From contig JALHUB010000251.1 of NCBI GenBank assembly GCA_022865685.1, positions 1 to 41,781 on the forward strand: 41,781 bases of DNA, read 5' to 3'. The position numbers and the translations under genes are program-made. Source of the stretch: Dehalococcoidia bacterium. GTDB taxonomy: Bacteria > Chloroflexota > Dehalococcoidia > DSTF01 > JALHUB01. Below, in pieces: positions 32,728 through 41,178 of this stretch (positions are counted from its first letter, which is position 1; each line of letters begins with the position of its first letter). Under the pieces are notes generated by a model. The model made no database searches. It saw only the letters and a list, made by a program, of their open reading frames with translations, and was not told the DNA's origin.

Positions 32728-33633
32728 ATGGCACTACTCGCAGCGGCATCGGTATTTGTCACCGTCGTCATGTTCGCGCTATCCTTGCGCAAGACTGACG
32801 ACAACCCCATCAGAGCCCGCGTCGCCGGCCTTGCGACGTCGCGCATGTTCGAGGGCGGGCAGCCCGCAACATCCTTCGGCGAGCGTATCATCGGACCGCT
32901 GTTCGGAGGCGTCGCGGACAAGGCCGTCGCTATGCTTCCCCAGGGCATGCTCGAGCGGCTGAAGCTCCAGCTTGTGCGGGCCGGTGATCCCATGACACCG
33001 GCGGGGTTCATGATGGTCCGCATGATCGCCGGCGGAGTCCTGGCGGGGCTTGGCCTTTCCGTGGGCGTCGCGATGAGAGGGACGCTGGATGCCAAATCCC
33101 TCGCCCTGGCGGTCGTGCTCGGCGGCGTCGGCGCCTTCCTGCCCTCAATGTGGCTGTCCAGTCGCGTGCGCCAGCGTCAGACCGAGATCATCAAGAGCCT
33201 GCCCGATTCCTTCGATATGATCACTACCTGCGTCGAAGCCGGCCTCGGCCTCGATGCTGCCCTGACGCGAGTCGCCGAGAAGGTGAAGGGCGCCTTCGCC
33301 GAGGACCTTTCCATTACCCTGCGCGAGATAGGGATGGGCCGTAATCGCGTCGAAGCCCTGCAAGACCTGGCCAATCACACCGGCGTCGCGGACCTGACTC
33401 TGTTTGTGAACGCTATAGTACAGGCGGAGCAGCTGGGCACGAGCATTGGCCAGGTGCTGAGGGTGCAGTCGGAGCAGATGCGGATACGCCGCCGTCAGCG
33501 CGCTGAAGAGGCGGCCAACAAGGCGCCCGTGAAGATGATCTTCCCGCTCGTCCTGTGTATCCTTCCTACGTTGTTCATCGTGATCATGGGACCCGCCGCA
33601 ATCCAGCTCTACGAATCGTTCAGCAAGAACTAG
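32728..33633 (+). CDS. tadC: TadC (type II secretion system F-domain platform protein)
   Basis: Same T2SSF architecture (IIKSLPDSFDMITTCVEAGLGLDAAL...QLGTSIGQVLRVQSEQMR). Second paralogue after tadB. Confidence 0.85.
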   Translation: MALLAAASVFVTVVMFALSLRKTDDNPIRARVAGLATSRMFEGGQPATSFGERIIGPLFGGVADKAVAMLPQGMLERLKLQLVRAGDPMTPAGFMMVRMIAGGVLAGLGLSVGVAMRGTLDAKSLALAVVLGGVGAFLPSMWLSSRVRQRQTEIIKSLPDSFDMITTCVEAGLGLDAALTRVAEKVKGAFAEDLSITLREIGMGRNRVEALQDLANHTGVADLTLFVNAIVQAEQLGTSIGQVLRVQSEQMRIRRRQRAEEAANKAPVKMIFPLVLCILPTLFIVIMGPAAIQLYESFSKN

Positions 33634-33640
33634 GTGACGC

Positions 33641-33985
33641 GTGCGAATTGAAAACGCCTCGCGCGGCGCCCAGGTGGCCGACCGCGCGGTCCTTGCTAAC
33701 ACGCCCTTGGCGCGGCTGGTGGGCCTCCTCAACCGCCGTCACCTGGAGCCCGGCGAAGGCCTCGTCCTGGTGCCCGGCGGCGCGATCCACATGTTCTTCA
33801 TGCGCATGGCAATCGACGTCATCTTCGCCGACAAAGAGGGGAACGTCCTGAAGACGGCCGTGAACGTGAAGCCCTGGCGGATGGTGATGGCGCCTCGACA
33901 CACGCGCTATACCATCGAGCTACCTGTCGGCGTCATCGAAGCTTCCGGCACGCAGCCCGGCGACCACCTCGAAATCACCTCATAG
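33641..33985 (+). CDS. DUF192 (COG1430) domain protein
   Basis: ADRAVLANTPLARLVGLLNRRHLEPGEGLVLVPGGAIHMFFMRMAIDVIFADKEGNVLK...YTIELPVG matches the DUF192 pattern. GTG start 8 nt after the tadC stop. Confidence 0.8.
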   Translation: MRIENASRGAQVADRAVLANTPLARLVGLLNRRHLEPGEGLVLVPGGAIHMFFMRMAIDVIFADKEGNVLKTAVNVKPWRMVMAPRHTRYTIELPVGVIEASGTQPGDHLEITS

Positions 33986-34006
33986 CATCGCCGACCGTGA
34001 GATGCG

Positions 34007-34037
34007 GAGACGCCCGCGGGTTGGCCGCAGGCGTCTC
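34007..34037. terminator. Bidirectional hairpin between convergent DUF192 and thiolase genes
   Basis: GAGACGCC (34007-34014) pairs with GGCGTCTC (34030-34037). An inner GCGG...CCGC extension is also present. Confidence 0.5.
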
Positions 34038-34060
34038 GAAGAGCTATCTGTCCGACTGCT

Positions 34061-35227
34061 CTAGTCTTTGCGACCCAGGATCGTCACGGAGCAGACTGAG
34101 CCCGGCCCGCCCAGGTTGTGCGCCAGCCCCAGGCGCGCGTTCTTCACCTGCGCCCCGTCGGCGCGCCCCTGCAACTGCTTCGTGACCTCGTACAGCATCC
34201 GACAGCCCGTCGCGCCGATGGGGTGCCCGAAGCACTTCAGGCCGCCGCTGGCGTTGACCGGCAGGTCACCGTCTACATCGGCGTGCCCCTCGGCCACGAA
34301 CGCGGCGCCGTCCCCCTGCGCGCAGAACCCGAGGTCCTGGTAGTTCAGGATCTCCGTGATGCTGAAGCAGTCATGCACCTCCGCCAGGCTTATCTCCTTC
34401 GCCGGGTCCTTCACGCCCGCCTCCGCGTAAGCCGCCTTGGCCGCGTACCTCGTCGCCGGGAAGCCGAGGAAGTCCGTCGAGTTGGAGAACATCGGCCGGC
34501 CGGTGGCCGTTGCGAGGGCGTTCGCCATTACGAGGACGTAGTCGTCCTTGTGCTTGCTCTTCTCAGCGATCTCCGGTCGCGTGATCACCAGCGCCGCGGA
34601 GCCGTCTGACATGGCGCAACAATCGAAGCGCCCGAGTGGCCAGGCGATCATCGGCGCCGACAGCGCATCCTCCATCGTGATCGGCCGACGGAAGTGGGCC
34701 TTCGGGTGCAGGGCGCCGTTCTTATGGTTCTTCACCGCGACACGCGCCAGGTCCTCCTTTGTCCAGCCGTATTCGTTGAAGCAGCGCGTCGCTGCCAGGG
34801 CAAACAGCCCCGGCGCACTAACGCCGCCGAATACGGGATGGCTGAACCCCTGCATAGGCAGGCCGGCGCTGCCCGTGTCCATAAGCTTCTCTACGCCGCA
34901 GGCCACGACCACGTCGTACACCCCCGACGCCACCGCGTAACAGGCGTTGCGGAACGCGTCCATCCCCGACGCGCAGTAGTTCTCGACGCGCGTCACCGGA
35001 ATGCCGAAGAGCTTCATCGGGTCGGAGAAGGTGTTGCCGCTCAGCCCCGTGAACGGGTAGAGGATGCCGATCCACGCCGCCTGCACGTCGTCGGGCGCTA
35101 CGCCGGCGTCGTCCAGCGCCTCATACGCCGCTTCGACGACGAGGTCCTCCGGGTCCTTCTCCCACAGCTCGCCGAACTTCGTGCAGCCCACGCCGATGAT
35201 CGCTACCTTGTCTTTGATGCTTCCCAT
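34061..35227 (-). CDS. Thiolase (archaeal/SCP-x-type acetyl-CoA C-acyltransferase)
   Basis: Nucleophile context VENYCASGMDAF and C-terminal GHPIGATGCRM. ~390 aa, thiolase-like fold. Confidence 0.88.
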   Translation of the reverse strand: MGSIKDKVAIIGVGCTKFGELWEKDPEDLVVEAAYEALDDAGVAPDDVQAAWIGILYPFTGLSGNTFSDPMKLFGIPVTRVENYCASGMDAFRNACYAVASGVYDVVVACGVEKLMDTGSAGLPMQGFSHPVFGGVSAPGLFALAATRCFNEYGWTKEDLARVAVKNHKNGALHPKAHFRRPITMEDALSAPMIAWPLGRFDCCAMSDGSAALVITRPEIAEKSKHKDDYVLVMANALATATGRPMFSNSTDFLGFPATRYAAKAAYAEAGVKDPAKEISLAEVHDCFSITEILNYQDLGFCAQGDGAAFVAEGHADVDGDLPVNASGGLKCFGHPIGATGCRMLYEVTKQLQGRADGAQVKNARLGLAHNLGGPGSVCSVTILGRKD

Positions 35228-35260
35228 CGCGATTCCCTCCTTACTCGAATGCAGGCGCCA

Positions 35261-36676
35261 CTAGCTCGAAGCCTGGGGTAGGGGGCGGCACTTCCAGTAG
35301 TAGTTGTGGAAGTTCGCGCCCTCGTGCAGCCGCCGGAACAGTATTTCCACCGGCAGGCCAATCTTTACCTCGTTCGGGTCGCCGTCCGTCATCTCCAGGA
35401 AGACGCGGCCGCCACCGTCGAGGTCGATGACCAGTCGCGGGATCGGCACGTTGAGGTACTGACCGCCCGACAGATGGTCCAGCGTGTACGTGTACACTGT
35501 GCCCTTGCGCGGCAGCTTCACGTTCTCGAAGCTGTCCTTCGTACGGCACTCGGCGCAGACGCGCGGCGGCGGATACTGGACGACCCCGCAGCTCTTACAG
35601 CGCGCCCCTAAGAAGTTCAGCTCCTGCGCCGCGTCGCGCCAGTACGTGACCGGCGAACCCGCCGCCGGCGGCTGCTCGCGGTCCGTCAGGTGGCGGAAAT
35701 GGGCGTAGGCCGTGTAGCTGGGCAACTGGCGCTTCTGGAAGAGATGGCCGATGAGGCCTTTTCGACCCGCCGCCTCAGGAATGACATCCGACATCTCGAG
35801 CAACAGCGCGTCGGCGCCGTCGCCGTGATTGAGGAGGAATATGCGCTCGCCCGCCTTCGCCTGCTCCAGCGCGCCGGCCAGCATCATCAGCGCCAGCGCA
35901 GCGCCCGAGCTGCCGACCGACAGAAACAGCGTGTCCTGGAGCTGCGCCGGCTGGAACCCCAGCGCCTTCCCGACGGCTACGTAGCTGCGCGGGTCGGACG
36001 CCGTGATAACGGCCTTCGCGATGCCTTCAGCCGTCACGCCCTGTTTCTCCATCAGCGCCTTGCCGGCCGCCACCGCCGACGTCGCGTAGCCGTACTGCGT
36101 CTCGACCTTCGACTCGAACGACCGCACGTAGCGGTCCTCGGCACGACGCCACGCGCCCACCTGCTCGCCGGCGAGCGAATAAGCGCCCTGGATCGCCACC
36201 GGCCCGTCTTTGCTGACCAGCACCGCGCCGGCGCCGTCGCCTAAGAGTTGTTCAAACATCGACTCCGGCTCGCCAAGGCGACAGTCCGCGGCAACGACGA
36301 GGACGTTCTTCGCTGAGCCGCTGTCGACCGCGTCCATCGCCGCGCGCATTGCCGTCGTGGCGGCGCGCAGCGAGCCCGTGAAGTCGGCGGTATTGATGTC
36401 GCGACGCATGTCGAGGGCCGCAGCTATCACTCCCGCCGACTGCTTCTCGTTGTAGGGGGCCGTCGTCGTGGCGAAGAACAGCCCGTCGATGGTTGACGCG
36501 TCTATTCCCACCAGGCAATCCAGCCCCGCGGCTACCGCCATCGTCAGGCTGTCCTCGTCCGCGTTCGCGACCGCTCGCTCGCCGGGGACGGCAGGAATGC
36601 CCCAGGCGTCGCCGATCTGCTGACGGGACAGGCGGTAGAGGGGTACATACGCTCCGGATGATGCGATCCGCGCCAC
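35261..36676 (-). CDS. HMG-CoA-synthase-like domain fused to DUF35 (zinc-ribbon + OB-fold)
   Basis: The N-terminal ~340 aa resemble archaeal-type HMGCS (GAYVPLYRLS..., ADEDSLTMAVAA). The C-terminus has a rubredoxin-like CKSCGVVQYPPPRVCAECR followed by an OB-fold (GTVYTYTL...LEMTDG). GTG start with AAAGGAG SD. Confidence 0.8.
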   Translation of the reverse strand: MARIASSGAYVPLYRLSRQQIGDAWGIPAVPGERAVANADEDSLTMAVAAGLDCLVGIDASTIDGLFFATTTAPYNEKQSAGVIAAALDMRRDINTADFTGSLRAATTAMRAAMDAVDSGSAKNVLVVAADCRLGEPESMFEQLLGDGAGAVLVSKDGPVAIQGAYSLAGEQVGAWRRAEDRYVRSFESKVETQYGYATSAVAAGKALMEKQGVTAEGIAKAVITASDPRSYVAVGKALGFQPAQLQDTLFLSVGSSGAALALMMLAGALEQAKAGERIFLLNHGDGADALLLEMSDVIPEAAGRKGLIGHLFQKRQLPSYTAYAHFRHLTDREQPPAAGSPVTYWRDAAQELNFLGARCKSCGVVQYPPPRVCAECRTKDSFENVKLPRKGTVYTYTLDHLSGGQYLNVPIPRLVIDLDGGGRVFLEMTDGDPNEVKIGLPVEILFRRLHEGANFHNYYWKCRPLPQASS

Positions 36677-36710
36677 TGAACTCTCCTTTCGTTCGCTGGA
36701 AACGCCGGCC

Positions 36711-36905
36711 TCAGTACCTTATCTGGCAACAGGTCTTCAGTGTGGGGTCGTAATAGGCGGAAAAGGCCTCATCCCAGTAAGGGTCGAAGAGGAAGCCTTG
36801 CCCTCCCTGTGTCTCCGGCTTGGAGCTCGACGCGCTGCGAGGGGGCCGAGCGCGCTTCCGCGCTTGCTGCTCCCGCGTCTTGTCTCGACGTGTCTTCCTG
36901 GCCAT
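36711..36905 (-). CDS. Possible small basic protein (64 aa), unknown
   Basis: ATG with AGGGAG SD. Lys/Arg-rich N-terminus and aromatic C-terminus (FLFDPYWDEAFSAYYDP). No homolog recognised, so it could be non-coding. Confidence 0.25.
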   Translation of the reverse strand: MARKTRRDKTREQQARKRARPPRSASSSKPETQGGQGFLFDPYWDEAFSAYYDPTLKTCCQIRY

Positions 36906-37037
36906 AAGTCTCCCTGCCGCCGATCAGGATGCGGAAGCCTATCGTAACGCTAAGCGTATTCCAGCACAACACCATCGCGCAGCGACGCCGGAGGCAGAAG
37001 TATCGCCGAGATGGGGACGCGCGATGCCGGTCAGCGG

Positions 37038-37463
37038 CTAAGGGATGTCTTGCTGCAGCTTGCGGATCCTGCGGCTCAGCACCGGCAGCATCTGGACCGC
37101 GATGAACGGATTCGAGCGCAGCTCCGCCAGAAAGTCCCAGCGCGAGAGCACCAGGCACTCCGTGTCCTCGACCGCCACGACGCTCGCTGAGCGCGGATAG
37201 GAGTCAAGGATCGCCATCTCACCGAAGAACTCGCCCGGGCCCAGCGTTGCCATCGCGGTCTGGCTCTGGCCCTCGCCGCCGTGCATGACGTTCACGCGCC
37301 CCTTGGTTATGAGATAAAAGGCAACCGCGTCCTCGCCTTCCTTGACGATGCCCTCGCCCTTCTTGTAGGCGCGCGTGATCGTTGCCGAAGCCAGCCGTTT
37401 CAGGTCTCTGCGGCTGAGCTCAGAGAAAAGGGAAGCGCTCGCCAGTACGTCTTCGGGATACAT
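37038..37463 (-). CDS. Stand-alone cyclic-nucleotide-binding (CAP effector) domain protein
   Basis: LFSELSRRDLKRLASA...GEGIVKEGEDAVAFYLITKGRV...GPGEFFGEMAILD..PRSASVVA is the canonical cNMP-binding beta-barrel with an FGE...RSA phosphate-binding cassette. No HTH domain. ATG 37463 has an AAGGAG SD, and the track ORF extending to 37901 is a spurious 5' extension. Confidence 0.8.
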   Translation of the reverse strand: MYPEDVLASASLFSELSRRDLKRLASATITRAYKKGEGIVKEGEDAVAFYLITKGRVNVMHGGEGQSQTAMATLGPGEFFGEMAILDSYPRSASVVAVEDTECLVLSRWDFLAELRSNPFIAVQMLPVLSRRIRKLQQDIP

Positions 37464-37655
37464 CGGCACACTCCTTTGCTTCGACTTGACTGGTTCAATA
37501 TACAACACGTCCGGCGACGCTTCCAGTCGCGTCGAGAAAGCGGAAACGAGGGCAAGCCGCGGCTCGACCCTTAAAACGCGGATCGGTGTACTATGGGGGC
37601 GAGACGGCGGTAGGGGCGGAAGCCGCTTGACATAACTCTGCAAGGAGCATGGTGC

Positions 37656-38834
37656 ATGAAGCCTCGGGCCATCTCGGACAGGGTGCTCGCCGGGGGCGCT
37701 ATCGACTGGGACAGGCGCCTCTTCGATTCCCTGATACCGCTGCCGGACGGCACCAGCTACAACGCCTATCTCGTCCAGGGAAGCGAGAAGTCGGCTCTCC
37801 TCGATACCGTAGACCCAACGAAGAGGGACGAGCTGATGTCGCAACTGGCCGGCATCGAGAGGATCGACTTCGTCATCTCTCACCACGCCGAGCAGGACCA
37901 CTCCGGCGCTATACCGGATGTCCTCGCAAAGTACCCGCAGGCGAAGGTGGTCGCCTCGACGAAGGCGAAGGGCATGCTCCTGGACCTCCTGGAGGGGATA
38001 TCAGAAGACCGCGTCATCACCGTCGAGGACGGCGAAGAGCTGTCGCTGGGCGATAAGACGCTGCGCTTCGTTTACATGCCCTGGGTGCACTGGCCCGAGA
38101 CCATGATCACGTATCTCCTGCAGGACCGCATCCTCTTCACCTGCGACCTCTTCGGCTCGCATCTCGCCACCTCCGACCTCTACGCCGACGAAGCGCGTGT
38201 CTATGAGCCCGCCAAACGCTATTACGCCGAGATCATGATGCCGTTCCGCCGCGCGATCGCCAGGCATTTGGAGAGGGTGCGGCAGATCGCCCCGGCAGTC
38301 ATCGCGCCCAGCCATGGCCCCGTCTACCGGCGCCCGGCGTTCATCATCGACGCCTACGACGAGTGGGTATCCGCGCCGCCGCGGAACAGGGTAATCGTGC
38401 CTTACATAACGATGCACGGCAGCACCGCCCGCATGGTCGAGCATTTCGTGGGGGCGCTGATGGAGCGCGGCGTCGAAGTCGAGCAGTTCAACCTGGCGAG
38501 TGCCGATATCGGCAAGCTCGCCGTATCACTGGTCGACGCTGCAACGATCGCCGTCGGCACGCCAACCGTGCTCGGCGGCCCGCATCCGACCGTGCTGGCG
38601 GCCGCGCAGTTGGCCGCTGTCCTCAATCCAAAGCTCCGCTTCGCCGCAGTCTTCGGCTCTTACGGCTGGGGCGGCAAGGCGGCCGAACAGGTCGCGGCAA
38701 TTGTCGAGCGTGCCGATATCGAGATACTCGCTCCGGTCCTCTGCAAAGGGATCCCCCGCGAGGCCGATTTCGTCGCTTTGGAAAGCCTCGCCGAGACTAT
38801 AGCGGTCAAACACCGAGAGCAGGGCTTCGCCTAG
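37656..38834 (+). CDS. Flavodiiron protein (FprA-type A-type flavoprotein)
   Basis: Metallo-beta-lactamase-like domain with di-iron ligand motif SHHAEQDHSG, plus a C-terminal flavodoxin domain (VIVPYITMHGSTARMVEHF). AAGGAG SD. Confidence 0.88.
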   Translation: MKPRAISDRVLAGGAIDWDRRLFDSLIPLPDGTSYNAYLVQGSEKSALLDTVDPTKRDELMSQLAGIERIDFVISHHAEQDHSGAIPDVLAKYPQAKVVASTKAKGMLLDLLEGISEDRVITVEDGEELSLGDKTLRFVYMPWVHWPETMITYLLQDRILFTCDLFGSHLATSDLYADEARVYEPAKRYYAEIMMPFRRAIARHLERVRQIAPAVIAPSHGPVYRRPAFIIDAYDEWVSAPPRNRVIVPYITMHGSTARMVEHFVGALMERGVEVEQFNLASADIGKLAVSLVDAATIAVGTPTVLGGPHPTVLAAAQLAAVLNPKLRFAAVFGSYGWGGKAAEQVAAIVERADIEILAPVLCKGIPREADFVALESLAETIAVKHREQGFA

Positions 38835-38888
38835 CGTAGCCGGCGCCGGCGGACTGCCGCCCGGCGCTCGAGCGAAAGGAGATCAGGG

Positions 38889-40118
38889 ATGGAAAGTCTA
38901 CTGACGGCAGACCAGCGCAAGTTGCGCGATGAAGTGAGGGCCTTCGTCAAGGACGTGCCGCGACAGCTCCTCTTGGACATGGACGCCGGCACCGCGCCTT
39001 ACCCGCGCTGGTTCCTGGAAGAGGCGGCGCGACGCAACCTCCTCGGGCTGCGCTTCCCGAAGAAATACGGCGGCCGCGGCCTCAAATGGGTCGACGAAAT
39101 CATTGCCCTCGAAGAGATCGGTGTCCTCAGCACCAGCCTGCCCTGTCTGTACAGCCTCGTCAGCATCGTCGGCGAGGCGCTGACCGTCTTCGGCACGCCG
39201 GAGCAGAACGAGCGCTGGCTGAAACCCGCGCTCGCCGGCAAACTCGCCGTTGCGGAGGCGCTGACCGAGCCCCGCGGTGGCTCCGACTTCTTCGGCGCCG
39301 CGACCCGCGCTCGTCGCGAGGGCGACGCCTGGCTCCTCAACGGACAGAAACGTTTCATCGTCGGCGCTGAGGGCGCGGACTACTTCTTCGCCTACGCCCG
39401 CACCAGCGACACCGCTGCGCCGCACGAATCGATCAGCTCCTTCATTGTCGAGCGCGGCCCCGGCGTCGAGGTGCAACACGTCTACGGCCTCATGGGCATG
39501 CGCGGCGGCGGCACCGGTCGCGTCTACTTCCGCGACGCCCGCGTCCCTCTCGACAACCTCGTCGGCCCCGAGAACGGCGGGGGAACCGTCTTCAACCAGA
39601 TGATGATCCCGGAGCGGATGACCAGCGCCGCCGGCGCTATCGGCGGCGGACGGGCCGCCATCGAAATAGCCGCTCGCTACGCCGACCAGCGCAAGGCGTT
39701 CGGACAGAAGATACGCCGCTTCGAGGGCGTGAGCTTCAAGATCGCTGACAGTATAACGAAGCTCGACGCTGCTGGTGCCCTCGTCTACGCCGCGGCCCAC
39801 GCCATCGACAACGGCGACGACCCGGGGCGGGTCCGCCGGCTTGTCTCCGAGGCGAAGAAGTTCTCTACCGAAACCGGCTGGGAAGTGATCAACCACGCCA
39901 TGCAGGTCATGGGCGGCATCGGCTACACCAACGTCTACCCTATCGAGCGGCTGCTGCGCGACTCGCGACTGCTCATGATCTGGACCGGCACGAACGAGAT
40001 CATGAATCTGCTCATCCAGCACGAGTACTACCGCGAGCTGGGGCGTCCCTCGCTTGCCCGCGACGTCGAAGCCGACGCGCCCGGCTGGGATCTCCCCGAC
40101 GAGAAGGTCTACGAGTAG
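38889..40118 (+). CDS. Acyl-CoA dehydrogenase
   Basis: ACAD pattern: [11 protein letters not shown], central beta-domain, and C-terminal [13 protein letters not shown] carrying the catalytic Glu context. Confidence 0.9.
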   Translation: MESLLTADQRKLRDEVRAFVKDVPRQLLLDMDAGTAPYPRWFLEEAARRNLLGLRFPKKYGGRGLKWVDEIIALEEIGVLSTSLPCLYSLVSIVGEALTVFGTPEQNERWLKPALAGKLAVAEALTEPRGGSDFFGAATRARREGDAWLLNGQKRFIVGAEGADYFFAYARTSDTAAPHESISSFIVERGPGVEVQHVYGLMGMRGGGTGRVYFRDARVPLDNLVGPENGGGTVFNQMMIPERMTSAAGAIGGGRAAIEIAARYADQRKAFGQKIRRFEGVSFKIADSITKLDAAGALVYAAAHAIDNGDDPGRVRRLVSEAKKFSTETGWEVINHAMQVMGGIGYTNVYPIERLLRDSRLLMIWTGTNEIMNLLIQHEYYRELGRPSLARDVEADAPGWDLPDEKVYE

Positions 40119-40148
40119 CTGCGCGGAGGCCGGCTTGAGGAAATTGTA

Positions 40149-40199
40149 CGGCAGGACTTCAGTCCTGCCGCTGCGGGCGGTCCGCGGGCAAGACGCCCG
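40149..40199. repeat. REP-like hairpins after the acyl-CoA dehydrogenase gene
   Basis: GGCAGGAC-ttca-GTCCTGCC (40149-40168), then GCGGGC-aagac-GCCCGC (40183-40199). Confidence 0.55.
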
Positions 40200-40230
40200 C
40201 TCTGCGCGTCGGTGCTGAACTCCTTGCCCG

Positions 40231-41097
40231 CTAGCCGGGCTCGGGCGAACAGCCGGGGACGAACCTGGCGCGACGGTGCGCCGCCTCGTTTACCATGTGG
40301 AACAGCAGGCCCAGGCCCGCCAGGGCGATGGCGCCGCTTCCCAGCTCGATCCCGATAGACTCGATTAGCGACGGCCCCGGCTGAATCACCAGTATGTTCC
40401 AGAAAGCGTGGAACAGCACAGCCGTCGTGAACGCCGCCGCCACCGGCACGTTGACCACGCGCCGTCCCAGCTTCTCGCGCTCGCGCCAGAGCACCGCGCA
40501 CACCAGCCCGGTCCAGGCGCCGTGCCCCGCCGGCGACAGGAGTCCTCGCACAATCAAAGTCGTCTCGACCGCGCCGATCCCCTTCGACGATTGCGCGGCC
40601 GCAAAGCCGTAGCCTATCGTCTCCAGCGCCGCGAACCCCATGCCAGCCGCCACGCCGAATATCACGCCGTCCGCCTGCGAGCAGTAGCGCCCGTGGAAGT
40701 ATATCCCCAGTGGAATGATTAGCTTCGCGCTCTCCTCGATCACGCCAACGCCGAACATCTCCGCCGCGCCCAGGCTGCGCAGCGTCGCATATTCCAGCGT
40801 CGCCGCTATGGACACGCCGAGGGCGCCGCCCCATAGAAAGCACAGGACTACCACACCCGCCGGTATGTCGCGGCCGGGCTCGCGCTCGTACACGTACGCG
40901 ACGAAAGCCACCGGCACCACGAACGCGCCCACGATGATGACAATAGGTATGTCCGTCGGATTACCCAGTCCGCGGACCAGCGCCACGAGGAGGAAGAATA
41001 GAACCGTCCCGCCGACGAGCACGCGGGCGGACGTGCGTCGAAAGGGCAGCGCAGGCTTGTTGCGCGCCATCATCCTATCCGCCGCCTTCCCTGGCAC
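40231..41097 (-). CDS. PrsW-family intramembrane metalloprotease
   Basis: Polytopic membrane protein with EESAKL (the PrsW EExxK motif), AAGMGFAALETIGYG and GHGAWTG motifs. Confidence 0.8.
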   Translation of the reverse strand: MPGKAADRMMARNKPALPFRRTSARVLVGGTVLFFLLVALVRGLGNPTDIPIVIIVGAFVVPVAFVAYVYEREPGRDIPAGVVVLCFLWGGALGVSIAATLEYATLRSLGAAEMFGVGVIEESAKLIIPLGIYFHGRYCSQADGVIFGVAAGMGFAALETIGYGFAAAQSSKGIGAVETTLIVRGLLSPAGHGAWTGLVCAVLWREREKLGRRVVNVPVAAAFTTAVLFHAFWNILVIQPGPSLIESIGIELGSGAIALAGLGLLFHMVNEAAHRRARFVPGCSPEPG

Positions 41098-41178
41098 GCT
41101 GCCACCGCGGTCGCTCCCTGGCCGGTATCGTACGTCCGCATGCTATAATCCGGCCATCACCCCAGAGCGCCAGGCGAC

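Noticed and set aside
37464-37901. 146-aa N-terminal extension of the cNMP-binding protein ORF
   Set aside because: The internal ATG 37463 has a perfect AAGGAG SD. The extension has no domain, and it overlaps the flavodiiron gene start region on the other strand.
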